Origin: Candidatus Dormibacteria bacterium
GTDB lineage: Bacteria > Chloroflexota > Dormibacteria > Aeolococcales > Bog-877
Direction of reading: 5' to 3'
DNA length: 64,000 bases
Assembly (NCBI GenBank): GCA_046703825.1
Contig: JBJKSO010000105.1
Coordinates: 320-64,319 of the forward strand
A program made the position numbers and the translations under genes. This document shows, piece by piece, positions 58,960-64,000 of this stretch. Under the pieces are notes generated by a model, which searched no databases, was not told the origin of the DNA, and saw only the letters and a list, made by a program, of their open reading frames with translations. Each line of letters starts with the position of its first letter. Positions within the stretch are counted from its first letter, which is position 1.

Positions 58960-60127
58960 GCGTCCGGGTTCGGGCCCCCACCTGCGCGTGGCCTGGTTCG
59001 GCCACGCCGTCGGCCGGCGCAGCGACGGCCTGACCACCTACTCGAGCCAGGTGGTCAGCGGCCTGGTGGATCGTGGTTGCGAGGTCTACTTTCACCACGC
59101 CAGCGCGGACGGGGACTGGGTTCCGGTAGATCAGCGTCACAACTTCAGCTGGTGGACCAGGCGATTCAAGACGGTTACCGTCCTGGCGCCCGGGGAGCGG
59201 CGGCGGATCTCCGCATGGCTCCACCAGCAGCGCCCAGACGTGCTTCACTGCTCGCTCAGCTTCACGCTCAGCGACGGCTGGCTGGGAAGGGAGGCGCGGA
59301 GGGTGGGCGCCTGTGCCGTGTGCACCTTCCACCTCCCGTTCGGCCGCCCCGGCAGCCGCCGGGAAATGGTGATGCACCAGCTCCACCGCTACTGGGCGCC
59401 CAGACTCCGTGAGTACGACCGGGTGATCGTGTTCTCGGAAGACCACCGCCGCCGTCTGTCCGAGATCGGGCTGGATCCGGGCCGGATCGAGGTGGTACCC
59501 AACGCGGTCGACACCAACCAGTTCAGTCCCGGCCCCTCGCGCCTGCGCCGCGACCGGCTGCCTTCCAAGCGGCTGGTAGTCGGCTACATGGGGCGGCTGG
59601 ACCCGGAGAAGGGAATCAGCGAGCTGCTGCGGGGATTCACCGAGGCGGCCAGTGAGGACTGCTCGCTCTTGCTGGCGGGAGGGGGCTCGCTGCGGCGGAG
59701 CGTGGAAGCGGCCGCCCGCAGTGATCCCCGGATCGTCTACCTGGGCCAGCTCACCACCCTGCGGGAGCGGCTCGACTTCTGGAGAGCCCTCGACGTCTTC
59801 TGCTTGCCTTCCAGCGCCGAGGGGCTCTCGCTCTCGCTCTTGGAGGCGATGGCTTGCGGCCGAGCTCTTGCGGCGACCCCGGCGGGCGGGTGGGACGCGG
59901 CACCGGAGGTAATCGCAAAACTGGCGCCGCAAGACCTGGGGCAATCGCTGGCGGAGTTGATCCAAAGTCTCACCGCCGAGCCCGAGCGGGCTCGCCAGCT
60001 GGGGCGGCTGGCACGGCTGGAGGCGGTGCGTCATTATGGCGTCGAAGCCATGCTGGATCGCCTTTTGGGCATCTACCACGCATGTCTGAGTTCGCCTGCA
60101 ACCGTTGCCGGAGGCCTGGAGCCTTGA
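58937..60127 (+). CDS. GT4-family (GT-B) glycosyltransferase, PimA/PimB-like
   Basis: ATG at 58937, in frame with ORF 58781..60127. It overlaps the acyltransferase by 23 nt. Reads LRVAWFGH...GRLDPEKG...PSSAEGLSLSLLEAMACG. Confidence 0.85.
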   Translation: MATHGQTERPGSGPHLRVAWFGHAVGRRSDGLTTYSSQVVSGLVDRGCEVYFHHASADGDWVPVDQRHNFSWWTRRFKTVTVLAPGERRRISAWLHQQRPDVLHCSLSFTLSDGWLGREARRVGACAVCTFHLPFGRPGSRREMVMHQLHRYWAPRLREYDRVIVFSEDHRRRLSEIGLDPGRIEVVPNAVDTNQFSPGPSRLRRDRLPSKRLVVGYMGRLDPEKGISELLRGFTEAASEDCSLLLAGGGSLRRSVEAAARSDPRIVYLGQLTTLRERLDFWRALDVFCLPSSAEGLSLSLLEAMACGRALAATPAGGWDAAPEVIAKLAPQDLGQSLAELIQSLTAEPERARQLGRLARLEAVRHYGVEAMLDRLLGIYHACLSSPATVAGGLEP

Positions 60128-61002
60128 ACGCAGCCCACCCAACCGCCCTGGTGGTGGACAGCGGGGCGTGCCTGCCGCCGTCCTTGGGCGAGGCGCCCTG
60201 GGTCAACGTCGTGCCGATGTCGATCGAGGTGGACGGGCGAGCGCTCCGGGACGGAATCGACATAACCTCGGAGGAGCTCTACGCGCGGCTGGCATCCGAT
60301 GCCCCGCTGCCGACCTCCAGCTCCCCTTCGCCCGGCGACTACCTGCGCGTCTTCCGCCAGCTGGAGGCGACGCAGATCGTCTGTCTCGGCATCCCCGAGA
60401 CGTTCTCCATGATGGGCAGGTCTGCGCGGGTGGCGACCGAGATGCTGCGCAGCGAGCAGCCGCACAAGCGGGTGGAGGTGATCGACGTCGGCACCGCGGC
60501 GGGAGGTTACACCTTGGTGGCCGAGGCGGCGGCGGCGGCTTGCGAGGTGGGGCTGAGCTTAGAGCAGGTCGCGGAGCACACCCGGGCCGTCGCCCGCAGC
60601 GCCCGTGTGGTGGCGGCCCTGGACACCCTGCGCTTCCTGGTGCGCAGCGGTCGGGTACCGGCCCTGGCGGGTCGCGGCGGCGACCTGCTCCATGTGCGCC
60701 CGCTGTTCTCCTTCACCGGGGGCGACGTTCACCGCCTCGGGGTGGTGCGCGGAACCAAGCGCGCGGTCCGCGGGGTGGCCGAGCAGCTGCGCGAACAGGT
60801 GCCCACCGGCGCCAAGTGCCGCCTCGGGGTGTTCTGCGGCAGCGTGCCCCGCGCCGTGCCGGAGTTGATCTCGCATCTGGGCGAGCTCTTCGGCGACAGT
60901 CCGGTGGAGCGGCTCAGCCTGACCCCGGTGATCGCCCTGCACACGGGACCGGGGCTGATCGGCGCCGCAGCCGTCGCCGACCTTCCCCTCCCCGCGGCGT
61001 GA
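60082..61002 (+). CDS. DegV-family fatty-acid-binding protein
   Basis: In frame with ORF 59854..61002. ATG at 60082, or TTG at 60124 which overlaps the GT4 stop. Reads ALVVDSGACLP...TSSSPSPGDYL...HTGPGLIG. Confidence 0.8.
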   Translation: MSEFACNRCRRPGALNAAHPTALVVDSGACLPPSLGEAPWVNVVPMSIEVDGRALRDGIDITSEELYARLASDAPLPTSSSPSPGDYLRVFRQLEATQIVCLGIPETFSMMGRSARVATEMLRSEQPHKRVEVIDVGTAAGGYTLVAEAAAAACEVGLSLEQVAEHTRAVARSARVVAALDTLRFLVRSGRVPALAGRGGDLLHVRPLFSFTGGDVHRLGVVRGTKRAVRGVAEQLREQVPTGAKCRLGVFCGSVPRAVPELISHLGELFGDSPVERLSLTPVIALHTGPGLIGAAAVADLPLPAA

Positions 61003-61013
61003 TCGCCGCCGCG

Positions 61014-61664
61014 ATGTCGGGGCGGGAGCCGCTCGAAACCGGGCTGCTCTGGCTGGGCGGCTACCTGTTTGGCGGCATCCCAGTGGGTTGGATCGTGGGC
61101 CGGATCGCGGGGGTGGATCTGCGCCGGGTCGGCGACGGCAAGATCGGCACCAGCAACCTCTTCCACAGCGTGGGGCTCTTGCCCGCGGCGGTGGCCGGTC
61201 CCCTGCAGTTCGTCCAGGGGTTCCTGCCGGTGCTCGCCGCGGACCTGCTCGGCCTGCCGGACTGGGTCGCGGCGGGTACCGGGCTGGCGGCCGTGGTGGG
61301 AAACGGCTGGCCCATCTACTTCCGCTACAACGGGGGCCGGGGCGTGGCGGCGGCGACCGGTGCCGTGACCCTGTGGTCGTGGCCCGGGTTCGGCTACGTC
61401 CTCTTCATGCTCGGGGCGGGCGGCGCCGTGCGCCGCAGCGCGTTGGGGGTTTTGCTGGCCTACGCCGGGCTCCCGGTGGTGGTCTGGCTGACCGCCGGCC
61501 GCGCGGCCTACGCCGTAACCGCGGTCGGCGTGGTGATCTGCTTGGTCCTGCGCCGTTTCGAGGGATACCACTTCGGCCGCCGCCGCGAGGGTTCCCCGCC
61601 CGACGACTGGCGCCAGCGCCTGATCAACGACCGCCCGGCCAGGATCGCCCCCAGCAGCCGATAG
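61014..61664 (+). CDS. plsY: PlsY-family acyl-phosphate:glycerol-3-phosphate acyltransferase
   Basis: ATG at 61014, in frame with ORF 60105..61664. Reads YLFGGIPVGWIVG...GDGKIGTSN...NGGRGVAAATG. Multi-TM. Confidence 0.7.
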   Translation: MSGREPLETGLLWLGGYLFGGIPVGWIVGRIAGVDLRRVGDGKIGTSNLFHSVGLLPAAVAGPLQFVQGFLPVLAADLLGLPDWVAAGTGLAAVVGNGWPIYFRYNGGRGVAAATGAVTLWSWPGFGYVLFMLGAGGAVRRSALGVLLAYAGLPVVVWLTAGRAAYAVTAVGVVICLVLRRFEGYHFGRRREGSPPDDWRQRLINDRPARIAPSSR

Positions 61665-61673
61665 ACTCGGCCC

Positions 61674-63089
61674 ATGGCCGCGACGCGGGTGGAGCGGGAC
61701 TCCATGGGCGAGCTCGAGGTTCCCGCTGACGCCTACTACGGGGCGAGCACCCAGCGGGCCGTGGTCAACTTCCCGATCAGCCGCCTCCGGCTGCCCCGGC
61801 GGATGATCGCGGCGCTGGGCGCCATTAAGCGGGAGGCAGCGCGGGTCAACCTGCGCCTGGGCCTCCTGGACCAGGAGCGGGCCGACGCGATCGCCCGGGC
61901 CGCCGACGAGGTGGCAAGCGGGCAGCTGGACGACCAGTTCGTGGTCGACATCTTCCAGACTGGAAGCGGCACCTCGTCAAACATGAACGCCAACGAGGTG
62001 ATCGCCAACCGAGCGCTGGAACTGCTGGGTGGCAAGCGGGGGGACCGCAGCCGCGTCCACCCGAACGACCACGTCAACCTCTGCCAGTCCAGCAACGACG
62101 TCTTCCCCACCGCGCTCCACCTGGCCGCCCTCTCGGCGCTGAGGGAGCAGTTGCTCCCCGCCCTCGAGACACTGGAGGCCAGCCTCACCCGCCAGCGCGA
62201 CGCCCTCTGGGGAGTGATCAAGACCGGACGCACCCACCTTCAGGACGCCACCCCGATCCGACTGGGCCAGGAATTCGAAGGGTGGCGGGGCCAGGTCGAG
62301 CGGGGCCGCGCCCGCTTGGCACAGGCCCAGGCGGGATTGGCCGAAGTGGCGTTGGGAGGAACGGCGGTGGGGACGGGCGTGGGCAGCCATCCGGAGTTCG
62401 CGGCCCAGGTGCTCGAGAGGCTGGCGCCGCTCTACCACCCAGACCTGCGGGAGTCGGACGACCACTTCCAGGCCCAGGCCAGCATCGACGCCGCGGTGGC
62501 CGCCTCGGCCGCGTGCCGATCGGTGGCCGTCAGCCTGCACAAGATCGCCGCCGACCTGCGTCTGCTGAGTTTCGGCCCTCGCGCCGGAGTGGCCGAACTC
62601 GAGCTGCCCGCGGTGCAGCCGGGGTCCTCAATCATGCCGGGCAAGGTCAACCCGGTCATCTGCGAGTCGACGCTGATGACCTGTGCCCAAGTCTTCGGCG
62701 ACGACGCCACGCTGGCCTTCTGTGGTGCGACCGGCTCGCTGCTGGAGCTGAACGTGATGCTCCCGGTCGCCGCTCACAACCTGCTGGAGGAGATCGAACT
62801 GCTGGCCGCCGCGGCCGCCAATCTGGCCCACCAGGCGGTAGACGGGCTGACCGCCACCGACCGGGGACCTCGGATGCTGGAGCAGGGGCTGGCCATCTGC
62901 ACCGGTTTGGTTCCAGCGATCGGGTACGACCGCGCCGCCGCCATCGCGCACCAGGCCTACGCGACCGGCCGGACCGTACGCGAGGTCGCCCGCGACCAGA
63001 CCGAGCTCAGCGAAGAGGAACTCGACCGGCTCCTCGACCCCGAGCGGCTGGTGCGACCGAGCCTGGACGCCGCCCCGCAGGCGGGCTGA
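61674..63089 (+). CDS. class II fumarase/aspartase-family lyase (FumC versus AspA unresolved)
   Basis: ORF track, 471 aa. Reads QTGSGTSSNMNANEVIANRA, GRTHLQDATPIRLGQEF and GSSIMPGKVNP. The residues are a mix of FumC-like and AspA-like positions. Confidence 0.9.
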   Translation: MAATRVERDSMGELEVPADAYYGASTQRAVVNFPISRLRLPRRMIAALGAIKREAARVNLRLGLLDQERADAIARAADEVASGQLDDQFVVDIFQTGSGTSSNMNANEVIANRALELLGGKRGDRSRVHPNDHVNLCQSSNDVFPTALHLAALSALREQLLPALETLEASLTRQRDALWGVIKTGRTHLQDATPIRLGQEFEGWRGQVERGRARLAQAQAGLAEVALGGTAVGTGVGSHPEFAAQVLERLAPLYHPDLRESDDHFQAQASIDAAVAASAACRSVAVSLHKIAADLRLLSFGPRAGVAELELPAVQPGSSIMPGKVNPVICESTLMTCAQVFGDDATLAFCGATGSLLELNVMLPVAAHNLLEEIELLAAAAANLAHQAVDGLTATDRGPRMLEQGLAICTGLVPAIGYDRAAAIAHQAYATGRTVREVARDQTELSEEELDRLLDPERLVRPSLDAAPQAG

Positions 63090-63119
63090 GTCGGTCCGGG
63101 GCCGGCGCTCCCGGGATCG

Positions 63120-63659
63120 TCACCGGGGGCGCAGTACGGTGGTCACGTACCAGCGTCCGCCGATGCGTCTGGCGCTGAAGACATCCGGCAGGTTGAGGGG
63201 AGCTCGGCTCAGCTGCTGGCATGAGTAGTGGCTGTTCGGATCGGGCTTGAAGCACACCACGATCGAGACGGTCACGGTGGCGTGGCTGCCGCTCACGACT
63301 GCGCCGCCCAGCACCGGGCTTTCGAAGTAGGTGTGGTAGCGAGCCAGCTCGCGCAGCATGGTGGGGGTGCGCGAGCGCTCGGCCGGGGCCAGGTAGGCGC
63401 TGACCTCGCTGGCCTTCTGCTTCTCCAGACCCTGCAGGTACCCCGAAACCGCTCCGACCGGGCTGGCGGTGGAACCCTTCAGGTCCGCCCTCCCCACGAT
63501 TGCCCGACCCAGCACCAATAAGAGGAGGATGCCCAGCAGGATGCCCGTCAGGCGCCAGTTGGCGTGCCGGGTGGGCGGAAGCAGCACCGGCAGGCGGCTG
63601 GGGGGGACCGCTTGCCTCCCGCTGGTCAGTGGGGTGGGCTCTTGGTCGCTCTCTGGCAT
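63120..63659 (-). CDS. membrane-anchored hypothetical protein
   Basis: The internal ATG at 63659 gives MPESDQEP...WRLTGILLGILLLLVLG, followed by a ~120-aa exported domain. The ORF-track extension to 63929 is rejected. Confidence 0.55.
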   Translation of the reverse strand: MPESDQEPTPLTSGRQAVPPSRLPVLLPPTRHANWRLTGILLGILLLLVLGRAIVGRADLKGSTASPVGAVSGYLQGLEKQKASEVSAYLAPAERSRTPTMLRELARYHTYFESPVLGGAVVSGSHATVTVSIVVCFKPDPNSHYSCQQLSRAPLNLPDVFSARRIGGRWYVTTVLRPR

Positions 63660-63863
63660 AGTCTCGACAAGACGGCAGCATAGGCGCCCGGCTTCGAACA
63701 GGTGCCCGAGCGTGGCTCTAAGGTGGGGCCAAGGATTGTTGAGAAACCAAACCCCGCTCGGGGGCGTTCTGGTGTGTAGGGCACGGCGCGAGAACGGCGC
63801 CTCCCCCGCCTGGCCGGGTCCCCCAAGGTCGACCCACTGGCCCCGCGCCGTGCCCAATCGTCT

Positions 63864-64000
63864 ATGCGTGAAGTAGATCTGGAAGGTCGCGCGAGCACTC
63901 CCCCAAGCGGCGGCCGCCCGCGCCGGCACGCCGGGGGCGGTCGGCCGCCGGGCTGGAGGCGTTGGCTGGCGATCGGCCTACTGGGAGCGGTGGCCGCGGT
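63864..64000 (+). CDS. possible 5' end of a membrane protein gene running off the window
   Basis: ATG at 63864 gives MREVDLEGRASTPPSGGRPRRHAGGGRPPGWRRWLAIGLLGAVAA... This is a basic stretch followed by the beginning of a hydrophobic helix. No stop occurs before the window end. Confidence 0.25.
   Translation, partial: MREVDLEGRASTPPSGGRPRRHAGGGRPPGWRRWLAIGLLGAVAA

Overview
A 64-kb chromosomal window from a very high-GC bacterium. Hand counts of 60-nt lines give about 73-75% GC in core genes. The cell envelope looks monoderm-type: there is an LPXTG-type sorting signal and PatA/PimA-like lipid genes. A PPOX/F420-type enzyme and KorAB are also present. An Actinomycetota- or Chloroflexota-like lineage is plausible but cannot be determined from this sequence. 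I support about 60 protein genes, one tRNA-Gly(CCC), one TPP riboswitch, two decayed genes and several candidate regulatory sites. I saw no rRNA, CRISPR array, transposase, integrase or phage genes.

Gene content from left to right:
- An ECF41/SigJ-type sigma factor with a divergent epimerase-like gene.
- A lower-GC 8-gene GntR-controlled catabolic operon: permease, metallophosphoesterase, ureohydrolase, HemL-like aminotransferase, CoA-transferase A/B, CMD.
- tRNA-Gly.
- A fused ManC/ManB enzyme.
- A CPBP protease operon.
- TPP riboswitch, NCS1 permease and thiD.
- An LPATG surface protein.
- Three paralogous polytopic GT-C-like membrane proteins around a frameshifted solute-binding protein gene.
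- A GGDEF-EAL protein.
- Redox and central-metabolism genes: AKRs, KorAB, citrate synthase, Acs, a fumarase/aspartase-family lyase.
- An acetate locus with two YaaH-family channels and a LytS/LytTR two-component system.
- A UdgX-type uracil-DNA glycosylase.
- A PatA-like/PimA-like/DegV/PlsY lipid block.

The most interesting candidates for undescribed biology are:
1. The triplicated GT-C-like family, together with the LPATG protein.
2. A CPBP protease translationally coupled to a secreted BNR-type protein that carries a sorting-signal-like C-terminus.
3. The unusual guanidino/amine catabolic operon next to the tRNA.

All functional calls rest on motif recognition by eye. No database search was run.
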